The position numbers were made by a program, and so were the translations under genes. A stretch of DNA of 64,000 bases from Mobula hypostoma (lineage: Eukaryota). The notes below the pieces were generated by a model, which was not told the DNA's origin, did no database searches, and saw only the letters and a program-made list of their open reading frames with translations. How positions within the stretch are numbered: the stretch's first letter is position 1; each line of letters opens with the position of its first letter. Positions 51,141 through 63,271 of this stretch are shown here, in pieces. The DNA is taken from the NCBI RefSeq assembly GCF_963921235.1, contig NC_086109.1, positions 22,384,001-22,448,000 on the forward strand. The letters are read 5' to 3'.

Positions 51141-51520
51141 CTGGGTGGCGGTGTGGAGATACGTATCTACCAAAAGAGGTGCAAGGTGCTCCTTCCCTCT
51201 TGCTAGTCTGCAGATCACTCTTGGGCAAGGTGTAGCACCTGATTATCCACCAAACACCCCCCGCCCCTGCAGGTCACGTGAGCCATAGGAGCAGGTGGTG
51301 GATGATCTTATGAGCACCTGGTGCAGATCACAAGTCCTGGTTATATGACCACTGATGCCAGGCAGACAATCTCTGCACAGTGTTGTCACCTGTCTTGTAA
51401 AGGCACTGCCCAGAAGAAGGCAATGGCAAAGCACTTCCGTAGAAAAATGTGCTAAGAACAATCATGGTCACAAGACCATGATCACCTACATCACACAACC
51501 TGGCACGTAATGATGATGAT
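51141..51520 (+). mobile_element. RTE-related SINE-like element with (TGA)n tail
   Basis: gggtggcggtgtggagat head, gaagaaggcaatggcaaagcacttcc motif and taatgatgatgatga tail. Confidence 0.75.
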
Positions 51521-51614
51521 GAAGATCCAGAGCCACAATGACACGGATCTGAGTTCCATGGCAGCAAGTTGAGCTTACACTGCTGGAGCTAGACAGAAGA
51601 GAAAGAAAGAAGCT

Positions 51615-51770
51615 TATTCCTCCTTCCTTTCCAGTGCTGACGAAGGTTCTCAGCCTGAAATGTTGACTGTTTATTCCTCTCCATAGATTCTTCCTGACCT
51701 GCTCAGTTCCTCCAGCATTTTGTGTGTGTTACTCTGGATTTCCAGCATCTGCAGAATCTCTTGTGTTTAT
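51615..51770 (+). mobile_element. Penelope-like pseudo-LTR with hammerhead-like core
   Basis: cagtg-CTGACGA-aggttctcagcct-GAAATGTT-gactg and the family tail. Confidence 0.75.
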
Positions 51771-52187
51771 GATAAGCTAGACATCAGAATGTTTCGTCTT
51801 AAGCTAAGGTACCAGCCACTCAGTGTTGCATTGGCCCTGAGTGGAAATGTCCATCTTTTCTATGATGGTTTCAGTGAACTCTTCTGAAGGGCCCTCTGCA
51901 GAAGGTTGATGCAAGACTCAGGAAGGTGGCAGGATATGCCTTCTTCACATTACCACCATCAGGAGGTGGTACAGGAGCCTGAAGATACACACTCAATGGC
52001 TTAAGAATGGCTTCTTCCCTTCTGCCATCAGATCTCTGAGAGGGACATGAACCCATGAAGACTACTTCACTGTTTTGATCTCTTTTTGCACTATTTATTT
52101 ATTTTTAAATATATTTCTTACTATTACTTATAGTAATTTTTATGTATTGCACTACTGTTATCGCAGAACACCACATTTAATGACATG

Positions 52188-52675
52188 CACTCAGTGGCCA
52201 CTTTATTAAGTACACCTGCTTGATAATGCAGATATCTAATCAGCCAATCATATGGCAGCAACTCAATGCATAAAAGCATGCAGACATGGTCAAGAGGTTC
52301 AGTTGTTCTGACCTTGGAATGATTGGTGGTGCCAGATGGGATGGTTTGAGTATCTCAGATCTCCTGAGATTTTTGCACACAACCATCTCTAGAGTTTACA
52401 GAGAAGGGTGCTGAAAACAAACAAACAAAAAACTCCAGTGAGCAGGAGTTCTGTGGGCGAAAACGCCTTGATGATGAGAGGTCAGAGAAGAATGGTCAGA
52501 CTGGTTCAAGGTGACATGAGGGTGACAGTAACTCAAATATCAACATGTTACAACAGTGATGCGCAGTAGAGCATCTGTGAACACGCAACACTTCGAACCT
52601 TGAAGTAGATGGGCCACTGTAGCAGAAGACCACTTCAGGTTCCACTCCTGTACTTAATAAAATGGCCACTGAGTC
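52188..52675 (+). mobile_element. Tc1/mariner deletion derivative inserted in a Rex/Babar tail (51900-52710)
   Basis: TIRs cactcagtggccactttattaagtac / gtacttaataaaatggccactgagt. The Rex tail resumes as tatgtcagtcataattaaacctgattctga. Confidence 0.85.
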
Positions 52676-53124
52676 TATGTCAGTCATAATTAAACCTGAT
52701 TCTGATTCTGTTCAAGCTCCTTCAAATTGGAAAGTTGCCTCTGACAGCTTTGCTAGTACTGCACACCGATTAACAAGAGAAGCTTTGTAACCTTGCCTGT
52801 GGGCAGGAGGCACCTCTGCTTCCTTTGCTTTTGCAATTTTGTTCATCTTTGAAATCTGATTTCACATGGCTGGTGAAGCTATAGAGCAATAAGCAATATT
52901 TTGCACTTGTGTGCTTAAAGCAGATTACTTGTGTCAGACATGGCAGAGAATATCACCATGATCCCGCTTTCACGGCTGTGGTTTGGGCAATGAACCACAG
53001 TGTTCGATTGAAGGCCTGCTCCTCATGACTACAGCCACACACTGGAGAAAGTTATTTTCCATTTGTGCAAAAGGTACCTATCTATGTGTGACATGAATCA
53101 AAATCAGAATGATTCCAAGTAATT

Positions 53125-53730
53125 GAGTCACAGAAACAGGCCCTTTGGCCCACCTAGTCCAAGCCAAACTATTATTCTGCCTGTTCCCATCGACCTGCAC
53201 CTGAACCATATCCCTCCCAACCATGCTCTGTACCTATCCAAATTTCTCTCAAAATGTTGAACTCAAACCCACATCCACCACTTCTGCTGGCTGTTTGTTC
53301 CACATTCTCAGAACCCTCTGAGTGAAGAGGTTCTTTTTAAGCATTTCACCTTTCAATCTTAACTAGACCTCTAGTTCTAGTCTCACACAAACTCAGTGGA
53401 AAATACACTAGTGAAATTTAAGAAACTGCTAGACAGGTATATGGAGGAATTTAAGGTGGGGGGTTATATAGGAGGCAGAGTTTAAGGGTCAACACAATAT
53501 TGTAGGCAAAAGGGCCTGTACTGTGGTGTACTATTCTATGTTCTATGTAAAAAGCCTGCTTGCATTTACGCTATCTATACTCTTCATAATTTGATATACC
53601 CCTTTCAAATTTCTCCTCATTCTCCTACGGTCTAGGGAATAAAGTTCTAACCTTTCCCTATAACTCAGGTCTTCAGGTCCTTGCAACTTCCTTGTAAATG
53701 TTCTATGCACTCTCTCAATCTTATTTGGTA
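53125..53730 (-). mobile_element. CR1 3' fragment containing a younger plus-strand CR1 tail (53404-53548)
   Basis: cagtggaaaa|...|aaaagcctgcttgc is continuous across the insert, which closely resembles 61929-62070. Confidence 0.8.
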
Positions 53731-53989
53731 GTCTTAGTAGTAAAAAAAAAGGAGAAATGTGCAAGGGTGTGGCTGTGACAAGTTGGAAGGAGCGAAGTAA
53801 GAACCCTGAAGCTTACAAATTGGAGGCAACTGTGGGATAAAGAAGGTACATGGTTGTAACGAAATAGATCATGAAGCCACTGTTAACTTCCCTAGTTTCA
53901 CCTCCGTCACTTGTCAACAGGTTTAGTAATGTTACACCAATAGCGGTAAGCAATGCTTCCTTCCTGGTGCTAACGTTAGTTGTTGATGA

Positions 53990-54695
53990 TATCAGTTTGC
54001 CCGTGATCTACAGCTGCAGCTCGGACTGCGGTTCTCTACGAGCGGTGGGTTCTCGGACTTGCCACTTGGCCTGGCGTTTTGCTATCTCCAGCAGCGGCCT
54101 GGAAGGTGTTCGCCTTCGGGGTGCGGCCCCGTGGACAACCCGGTTCCTCATGAACTGAAGTGACGTGGGAGACTGAAATGTTGAAACAGCAGGCAGTGTC
54201 AGAAGGAGACCCCTGTATTCAAGCATCTCTCTCTCTCACTCTCTCTCTGTCTGTTGATCCTTGAGTTTGGGACTCGAAGAAGCGATGCAGAAGATTGTAA
54301 CATCGAAACAGCAAGCTGCTGGTCTCCTGCTCTCTTTGTTGCGGCAGCGATCTCTCTGTCCCTCACTAGCAAGAGAGAGCCTGTCTGAGATACCGACGTG
54401 TTGGGTTATGGACTAGTTCTCGATGGACTCTAGATCAAGGTTTCTTTGGGGGATTTTGCTATTGCTCGCAATGTGGGTGATGGGAGGGGGTTGTCAGTGC
54501 TTCTGCTGGTGCAAGTGGAGGGAGGGGCAATGCTTCTGCGGCTTGTGCGTAGGAGGGGGAAGGGGGACTTTGGGTTTCTGATGTTTCTGTCATTCATTCT
54601 TTGGGATTTTTCTGTTTTGTGGATGTCTGTGTAAAGTAGGAATTTCAGGTTGTATACTGTATACATTCTCTGATATTAAATTGAACCATTTGAAC
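53990..54695 (+). mobile_element. CpG-rich non-coding element ending in a Rex/Babar-type tail
   Basis: 3' end aatttcaggttgtatactgtatacattctctgatattaaattgaaccatttgaac resembles the Rex tails at 4620 and 59510. No ORF homology in the body. Confidence 0.5.
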
Positions 54696-55303
54696 TCTGT
54701 AGGAGGGAGGAAATGTTGATACTGAACTATGTTTTGGGGTCGCACGTTGATAGTGCGTTCAAGCTGCTGAATGTGAATGTGAATATTAAAAGCAGTAACA
54801 AGAGCGAGTGAATGTGTACTGGGAAAAATAAGTAGTCGGCCTGGGTTCTGATCAGTAGACATTGTTGGTAAGCGAGCATTGTCGGAGAAAGGCAGGCAAA
54901 GCGTTTGAAGAGAAGAGTCATTTACTACTCTTGGCAACATCCGTCATATCACCGGATTTCTGCAGCCTTGCACACACACACATCCTTGGGGCTTGACTTC
55001 TGGCACTGAAATGCTACGGACAATCATTGCCTTCAGACGGCATTTTGGAATGAACTGATGTCCTGTAGAAATATTACCATGTGCCAAGATCACCACAGCG
55101 TGTCAAAATCTCCCGAGTATGTTGTGCCAAGTTCTCCAGCGCAGTTTTGCCAAGCCTCTTTCTTCTGTATTGCATCATGATTGAACGTCTGCCAGGGCAG
55201 CAGAAGCTCCAAGATACCTGCCAGTACTTGCAACCCAAAACACTTCAGCCTTGGAATGCTCTGCAATATTAAAGGGGCAAGTTCAGTCAAGTGCCTCCAT
55301 CTC

Positions 55304-55846
55304 CACACAGTGGCAATTTTATTAGGTACAAGAGGTGTATTTCTGTATGTTCATGGTCTCCTGCTGATGCAGCCCATCCACTTCAAGGTTCGACATGTTG
55401 TGCATTCAACGATGCCTTCTACACACCGCTGTTGTAACACATGGTGATTTGAGTTATTGTTGCCTTCCTGCCAGCTTGAACCGGTCTGGTCATTCTCTGA
55501 CCTCTTGCATTAACATGGCATTTTCACTCACAAAACTGCTGTTCAGTGGATTTTTTTTTTTTTTTGCACAATTCTCTGTAAATGCTACAGAGAACTGAGT
55601 GTGCGAAAATTCCAGAAGAACAGCAGTTCCTGAGATACTCAAACCACCCTGTCTGGCACTAACAAGCATTCCATGGTCAAAGTCACTTTGATCAAATTTC
55701 TTCCCCATTCTGACATTTGGGGTGAACAATGGACTATCTTGACCATCTCTGCATGTTTTATGCATTGAGTTGCTGCCACGTGATTGGCTGATTAGATATT
55801 TGCATTATTGAGCAAGTGTTTAGGTGTAGTTAATAAAGTGGCCACT
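55304..55846 (-). mobile_element. Tc1/mariner deletion derivative
   Basis: MGKKFDQSDFDHGMLVSARQGGLSISGTAVLL (transposase N-terminal HTH) and the family TIRs. Confidence 0.85.
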
Positions 55847-56750
55847 TGCAATGAACGTTGAAAACCAAGGCTCCCACATAAAACATGAACTTCCTTTCTG
55901 CAGAAACTTTCACCTCATTCAGGAGCTACACCGAGTCCTTGCTACATCCAGAGAAGCAGGGAGGGATCAAAAGTTTCTGTGCTGTCATGTGTAGCCTGTA
56001 TTGCAAGAATTGTATAAGACTAACTTGAAGCAATCAAGCACCATCAGTTTCTGATCAACTTCCATGACAAGTAGTGGACTTGCTCCTATACAATTTGTTA
56101 CATTACTTTTTACTGTTATTACTGTGCCTTGCTATTTCTATACTAAGCAATCTGTTAATAATTACGAGAATTTGCAATTATATAATATTTTTAACATTTT
56201 GTAAATCTGTTACTTAAACGAAAAACAGGATGAGACTCTTCATTGGCAGGTTTATTAAACAATATTCAACATCGATTCCGATAAGATATTAGAAGAGTTG
56301 AACATAAGCTAGGTCAAAGAGAGGAAAAAAAGAAAGACACACACAAACTCTGCAGGTCAAGCAGCATCTTTGGAGAGGAACAAACATTCGACTTTTCGGG
56401 CTAAGACCCTTTGTCAGTTTATTGCCCTAAAAATGCTGCATGACCTGCTGAGTTCCTCCTGTGCGTTACTCTGGACTTCCAACATCTGCAGAACCTCTTG
56501 TGTTTACGAAGAAAGGTTTTCACTTGATAGTTCAAGTTTTAAAACAGGTTTTAATGGAGAAGAAAGAGACAGAGAAGTATTAGGAAGTAAGTCCAGACTC
56601 AGGGTCTGGAAAATTGGAAGCATGGCTAATACTGGTGGAGCTAAAGCAGGAACTTAATAATAAAATAAAGAATCTTGTGGAGATCATGACTTGTATACAA
56701 AAGTAGTTACTGGCTTATGAATCTAAGTTGATATTTTCCACACATGGTAC

Positions 56751-56833
56751 CTGTGACAAGGTGAGTCTGTCAACATTTTGATGGATCTTGGTGGCCTCTC
56801 TGGTCTCTCTAACGTCACAGGCAGCTCATCAAC
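56751..56833 (-). CDS. PTPN22: PTPN22 exon (~12): (Q)VDELPVTLERPERPPRSIKMLTDSPCH(R)
   Basis: Acceptor ttcttttgatgcctcagCAG (NAGNAG, start 56836 or 56833) and donor CACAG|gtacca. Ends in phase 2, matching the next exon (AG+G = Arg). Weak sequence homology, so support is mainly phase and position. Confidence 0.7.
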
Positions 56834-57181
56834 CTGCTGAGGCATCAAAAGAATACTGTTAATTAACATGACTCCCAAGATATTGATCACTGAACAGGAA
56901 GACGGATCTATTAACATCACAGAGTTTTGAAGACATCTGTAAGTAAAAACACGATGATTAAACTTTGATTGGCTATTGATTGGAAAAGTTGGCTATTTGA
57001 AACTTAACAATGAAAACTCCTTAAAGACAGAAGCAAAACCCGAGCAACATCATCACCAAGAGGGGTATTAACACAAGGGACTGTTGTCAGGGAAACCCGT
57101 ATAATGCAATGAATGGTAAAGATTAGTTAAATTTGTTATTTTTGTAACTTAGAATAATTTCTATATATTGTACTGTACTTT

Positions 57182-57540
57182 TGGTGGTTTGTGTGGAGAT
57201 ATGTCTCCACCAAAGGAGGTGTATGGCACTCCTTCCCTCCGCTAGCCTGCAGCAAGGTACAAGGTGGCAATGTGTAGCACCTGCTTAGCCCCCTGATCAG
57301 GGTCATGTGAAGCCATGGGAGGAGGTGGTGGTTGGTCGAATGAGCAGCCGGTGCATATCACAAGTCCTGGTTATGCGACCACTAGCACCAGGCAGACGAT
57401 CTCTGAAGATTATTGATAATGGCTGGAGTCGCTAATCTTGTAAAGACACTGCCTAGGGGGAAAAATTGCCAAGAACAATCATGTTCATTGGCCACGATCG
57501 CCCACATCAGATGACATGGCACGTAATGATGATGACGATC
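57182..57540 (+). mobile_element. RTE-related SINE-like element inserted in a Rex tail
   Basis: Same family as 51141. The Rex tail continues on both sides. Confidence 0.75.
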
Positions 57541-58899
57541 ATACTCCTGCCGCAGAACAACAAATTTGATGACCGATGTCAGTAATAAAATAAGCATGAT
57601 TCTTAAATTTATTGAATTACTGAGGAAGCATGAAAAGCTTTTGCAGAAAATAGGAAAGAAAACAGACAGCTGAAGCTGCAAATAGGAAAATGCGCAGTGA
57701 TACCAAGTTCAAGTACATTGCCATGCAGACATACACATGTATACAGGTAGTTGAAACAATGTTCCTCAGGGACACAGTACATAAATCACAAACAGCACAT
57801 AAAATATTATTAGCATAATACTATTAATAGATAAAGTATTCTGTGGATATACAAGTTGACTTAAAGTACAAATACTGTACAATATATAGTTAAATATACA
57901 ATAGTATAATGCTTTTGGCACTGTCGTAAGTAACGAGTACTGAGTGGTAGTAGGGTGCTGAGAAGTAATAACATGCTAAAGGGGAGAAATACATATTATG
58001 ACAAGGTTTATGGATTTAAATATGTTCCCATCACGGAGTCTGTTACTGACTCTCCTTTGGACGTAACAAATTATGCAACATTCCACAACGAAAGCCGGAA
58101 TTAAAGGAAGATGTGGAGCAGAATTAGTGAACCTGATGTCATGGAACAAGACACTTCAGTGACATGGAGAGAATGGGGGAACTGGATTTGTTTTCATTAA
58201 TGAAAGTTAAGGGAAATTCTGAAGGGGGATGTTCAAAACTTTAGTTTTGAAACAGTAGATCAGGAGAAATTATTTCCACTGGCAGGAACGTTAATATTCA
58301 GAGAACATGAATTTAAGAAAATGTGCAAACTTCCAGTGGAGGAATTGAGAACATTTTTGTTGAAAGTAATAAGTTATTGTGTCTGAAAGAGATTCAATAT
58401 TAAAAACATGTAAAAGGGAATAAAACAGATACTTGAAATGGTAATTTGATAGGATTATGGGGAAAGAGTAGGCCTGTCGATGATCTGGATAACTCTTTGA
58501 AAACACCAGCCCAGGCCTGATGGAATAAAGGCCTCCCTCAGTGCTTCAGATTATATGGAAAGGATTTGCCAGCAGTGGTGCAGCCAGTGAAACATCTTTG
58601 AAAATTGCATAACGCTCTCGGAATGGATTAGGGTTTTAAGCACCATGCAGCTGATATTACAGGGAGCTATGCAACACGGAAACAGGCCCTTCTGGCTGAC
58701 TGAGTCCACATTGACCACGATGTATCAACTTACACTAATCCCATTTTATTCTACCAAGTTCCCATCAACAACTAACAGCCTTCCTGCAATTTCTATCATT
58801 CAGCTAAACCCAACGGACAACGTTCTGTGGCCAATTAACCTATCAGCCCATGACTTTAGGGATGTGGAAGGTAAAATGACTTAGTATGGCAATTACTCT

Positions 58900-59576
58900 G
58901 CATGTGGCCGAGAATCTACAGACAGTTGTGGACACAGCTCAACAAGTCACAGGAACCAGCCTCCCCCCTTCCCATGGACTCTATCTACTCTTCTTGTTCA
59001 GTAAAGCTGCCTTGACAAACTCATATAGATATTTGGTGGAAAGCAAACTGACTGGCTGTATTATGGCCTGGTATGGGAACACCAATGCCTTTGAGTGCAA
59101 AATCCTGCAAAAGGTAGTGGATTTGGGCCCAGTACATAACGGGAAAGCCCTCCCAACCATTGAGCTCATCTACATGAAATGTTGCTGTAGAAAGGAAACG
59201 TCCATCAGCAAAGATCCTCACCACCCAGGCCATGCTCTTTTCTTGCTGCTGCCATCAGGTAGAAGGTACAGGAGCCTCAGAACTCACACCACCAGGTTCA
59301 AGAACAGTTACTATCCCTCAACCATCAGGCTCTTGAACAAAATGGATAACTACACTCATTCTATTTCTGCTGACATCACTTTAATGACTCTTTATTTTGT
59401 TATTTCATGCTCTCATTATTCATTTGCTATTTATATTTGCATTTGCACAGTCCATTGATCCTGTTTACAGTTCCTGTTCTATAGATTCGCTAAGTACGCC
59501 AGTGAGAAAAAGAATCTCAGGGTTGTATGTGGTGATATGTATGTACTCCGATAATCATTTTTATTTTGAACTTTGA
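58900..59576 (+). mobile_element. Rex1/Babar 3' fragments
   Basis: LTGCIMAWYGN...LLPSGRRYRSLRTHTTRFKNSYYPSTIRLLN and tail tttgaactttga. Confidence 0.88.
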
Positions 59577-60132
59577 GCATGATCTGCACTGCACCCTCTT
59601 TTATAGCTTTTACATTTTATTTTGCAGTTGTTTTACTGTATTTTCTGTGCGAGGAGTGGCGCCCCACATAGACTTCCAATCTGCGCCTTGTAAGGTATGA
59701 AAATGCCAGACGCAGGCCTGTCATGGTCTGAGTCGATGTTCTCTCCCCTTTACTGTTATCTAGCTCAATGCACTGATATGACCTGTATAAAAGTATGCAG
59801 GATCTAGGTACATGTGGCAATAATAATCTTATATCAACTTTAACACACAGATGTAACTGTACTACTGGTGATTAGGGACTTAATGCACTTAAAACATACT
59901 CATTAGGGAAAAATATGTATAAAAAGTGTATTAATACACTCAGAATTTCCGAGCCTCAGTATCTGTAGTTTTAAGGGAACATATGCAAACACACAAACTC
60001 ATGTAGAGATTGGAATGAAGAATTAACAAATGTATAAGTGTGGGTTCCGTCTGTAGCATGACCTTACTGTCACTGCTTTAAGTCCAACTATTTGTGGTTT
60101 TATTCCTCTCCCATCCAATCTAATCCATAACT

Positions 60133-60232
60133 CTAGTCCTGACGAAGGGTCTCGACCTGAAACGTCGACTGCGCCTCTTCCTAGAGATGCTGCTTGGCCT
60201 GCTGCGTTCACCAGCAACTTTGATGTGTGTTG
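60133..60232 (+). mobile_element. 100-bp Penelope-derived insertion (hammerhead plus tail) with 13-bp TSD
   Basis: TSD ctaatccataact at 60120-60132 and 60233-60245. Confidence 0.88.
60135..60170 (+). ncRNA. Minimal type I hammerhead ribozyme motif, intact core
   Basis: AGUC-CUGACGA-A-GGGU(CUCG)ACCU-GAAACGUC-GACU, with a GUC triplet. Confidence 0.8.
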
Positions 60233-61370
60233 CTAATCCATAACTTGTTGGGAGAAGTCAATATTAGGTGATGTGCTAATAGTGCCTGCTAATTCCAGCA
60301 TGACCCAACAGTAACTACATTTATAAGTGACTACACACATTAACAGAGGCTGGTATAGTGATGGACAAGGGCTACTTAAAGCTAGACTACGCTACTTACA
60401 CGGGAAGTGGATTTTTATCTGCAGTAGGCGATGCAAGTCTTTCTTGAGCTTATTCTGATCCAGCAGACATTGAAAATTGTTTGACACTTGGATAGAGGAG
60501 GGCTGCAAAGTCATTGAGTTGCTCTCGGAGCAACATTGGAGGAGATGGATAGGAGTGGGGATGTACTGCATCTACAGAGCATTTGGATGCTCTCCAGATC
60601 AAGCCAGGAAGGCAGTGAGAGCAGATGGTGTCAAGCTCAGTGCCAGAAGGCAAATCCTGAGAGCATGGGTGCTGTTCAATGACCTCAAACCTGCGGTGCT
60701 CAAGGTCAATGAAGACACCTTCAAATGCCATGTCCCACCAAATCTATCATCAGTATCAGACACTTCTCTACACTCCCACCATTCACCTAACAATTCTTGT
60801 CAATCAGGATTCATAGCATACGTTCATAGGTGCACCTCATCATCACACCCTGAACTGTATTGTAAGCCTAATATCTACAGTATATTGCAAAGCATATCCT
60901 AATCAATCCTGATAGCCAGCTTGTTCTCTTAATACTGACAGCCTTCCTCTTCCTCCTCTTCTTTCCTCTCATAGCAACTCCGTCCATTATATCTTTTGTT
61001 TAATGTGTCTGAGAGCAACTGGTTCGTACAGGAGGCATGACATCAATAGAATATCTTTTTAATCCTTGCTACCTCACTGCATTTTGACTTGGGCAACTTG
61101 AAATCAGTCTGCAACTGTTAAACACTGGCAAATTATAGCAACAGGCAGTAGAGATTAATAAAGTTGCAGCTACCCCCTGCATACATAGTGTGCATTATGG
61201 AAAACAGCCCTCATGACTACACCAATATGGCAGGAAGCACAATTGGCCACAAATCTCTACATGTGATTTGAACACAAGGTGGAAGCAATATGGTGCTTTC
61301 ATCTTAAACACAAGAGATCCTGCAGATGCTGGAGGAACTCAACGTGTCAGGCAGCATCTATGGAAAGAAA

Positions 61371-62076
61371 TGGTAGTGTGGAGGAGCAGAGGGATCTGGG
61401 GGTACATGCCTACAGATCTCTGAAAGTTGCCTCACAGGTAGATAGGGTAGTTAAGAAAGCTTATGGGGTGTTAGCTTTCATAAGTCGAGGGATAGAGTTT
61501 AAAAGTCGTGGTGTAATGATGCAGCTCTATAAAACTCTGGTTAGGCCACAGTTGGAGTACTGTGTCCAGTTCTGGTCGCCTCACTATAGGAAGGATGTGG
61601 GAGCATTGGAAAGGGTACAGAGGAGATTTACCAGGATGCTGCCTGGTTCAGAGAGTATGAATTACGATCAGAGATTAAGGGAGCTAGGGCTTTACTCTTT
61701 GGAGAGAAGGAGGATGAGAGGAGACATGATAGAGGTGTACAAGATAATAAGAGGAATAGATAGAGTGGATAGCCAGCGCCTCTTCCCCAGGGCACTACTG
61801 CTCAATACAAGAGGACATGGCTTTAAGGTAAGGGGTGGGAAGTTCAAGGGGGATATTAGAGGAAGGTTTTTTACTCAGAGAGTGGTTGGTGCGTGGAATG
61901 CACTGCCTGAGTCAGTGGTGGAGGCAGATACACTTGTGAAGTTTAAGAGACTACTAGACAGGTATATGGTGGAATTTAAGGTGGGGGGTTATATGGGAGG
62001 CAGGGTTTGAGGGTTGGCACAACATTGTGGGCCGAGGAGCCTGTAATGTGCTGTACTATTCTATGTTCTATGTTCT
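61371..62076 (+). mobile_element. Young 5'-truncated CR1 (open ORF2 C-terminus) inserted in a Penelope-like remnant (61308-61370 and 62077-62200)
   Basis: Uninterrupted frame QRDLGVH...LEYCVQFWSP...FFTQRVV and (TTCTATG)n tail. Confidence 0.92.
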
Positions 62077-63271
62077 AAATCAAGAACCGACGCTTTGGGC
62101 CAAGACCCTTCACCAGGACAGGAAGTGAAGGGGGAAGGAGCCAGGATAAGGTGGAGGGAAGGGAAGGAGTACAAACTAGAAGGTGATAGGCGAAGCCAGG
62201 TATGGCACTCACAGTGCATCTTCCTTCTCTCCCAAAACAAATGCACACCACAGCACTGAATTTTGAGGCCATAATGTCAGCTGAGTTTCACATACACAGT
62301 TAACTGGAGTTTTGCACAAATTGATTTGCAAACCTCTCTCTGTGTTTACACAAGCTCACAGAATGAACACCGTTTGTACACATCCTCTTGTGAGCTACAC
62401 TGGGCCAGTAACTTCACACCCTATTTCTGTAAACAAGGTTGTTACTAGTACAGGGCTGAAAATGAACATGCAGGACTTCCTGAGATAGACCACAGGCGCT
62501 CAGTACTTTAGTATTTTAACCTCTGCTAACAGGCTATTGCGAAACTGAGCTGGTCAAACACACTAGTAATAACTTCAGAAGGAACCAATGTAAATGATAT
62601 TGTTGTGTACAGTGAGAAATGAGGAAACCTGCTGCAGTTTGAAGAATACATGATTTTATCTGCTGTAGATTCCTCTGATGAGGACTGACAGATTGAAGCT
62701 GTATGCAAGTCTAGAAAGCCTATAGTAACATCAAACTATAGAAACTACTTCTTCACTCTTTGTTAGTGTCCTGAAACTGTTGAGGTCATGGTCTGAGTTC
62801 TCTCTTTACTTACACTGCTGCACAGCATTTCCTGTTTTAACTTCTCATGTCTCTCAAACCCTATATCTTTTGGACACTTCCTTGCTGTTTCATGGTATCT
62901 CATTCACAGATATTTAAAAAATTGTTGCATATTAAAGGATCCAGGCATGAAATAGGAGGAATGTGGGGGTAGAGTTTCAGAGGGTCTGGGTCAGGAGGGT
63001 GATGATGATGATATACATTCAACCACAAGCTGTGTCTTGGTTTGGAGTAAATATTTGTATCAGATTGCCAAATTTCTTTGAAGACATACCCAGAAAATCC
63101 ATTGGAAGATCTACTGTTAACCATATGATCCTCCAGCCTCCCCACAAACATTGATCAGCTTCATTGTACATTTTGATGGAAGGAAAACGACTCATTCCTT
63201 GATTGGGTTAATTCTTCAATCAATTACATTTCCCTTATTCTCTATTTCCAATATTTCTCCAAACTCATTGG

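Larger units (their letters stand above)
4138..56836 (-). other. PTPN22: PTPN22-like gene, 3' half (nine coding exons, equivalent to human exons ~12-21); upstream exons outside the window
   Basis: Nine GT-AG exons join with consistent phases. The translation contains LTRAKSNPF, IEDPYFS, PPPLPERTPESY, GTSLEW, RSKSMKILRSMKK and SFLNFGFKNRFVKPKGARNPSPDWV*. These match recalled human PTPN22 segments ITRTKSTPF, VENPYFS, PPPLPVRTPESF, GTSLEW, RSKSLKILRNMKK and SFLNFGFANRFSKPKGPRNPPPTWNI. Confidence 0.92.

Noticed and set aside
4138..56836. Assignment to PTPN12 or PTPN18
   Set aside because: GTSLEW, RSKSxKILRxMKK and SFLNFGFxNRF fit PTPN22 as recalled, not the paralogues.
56837..56940. Upstream acceptor ttacttacag|ATG at ~56937 as the exon start
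   Set aside because: Its phase-0 frame hits a stop before the exon body. The cagCAG acceptor gives the simpler in-frame exon.
60477..60902. 141-aa plus-strand ORF
   Set aside because: No recognisable domain, alternative start only and no supporting splice structure.
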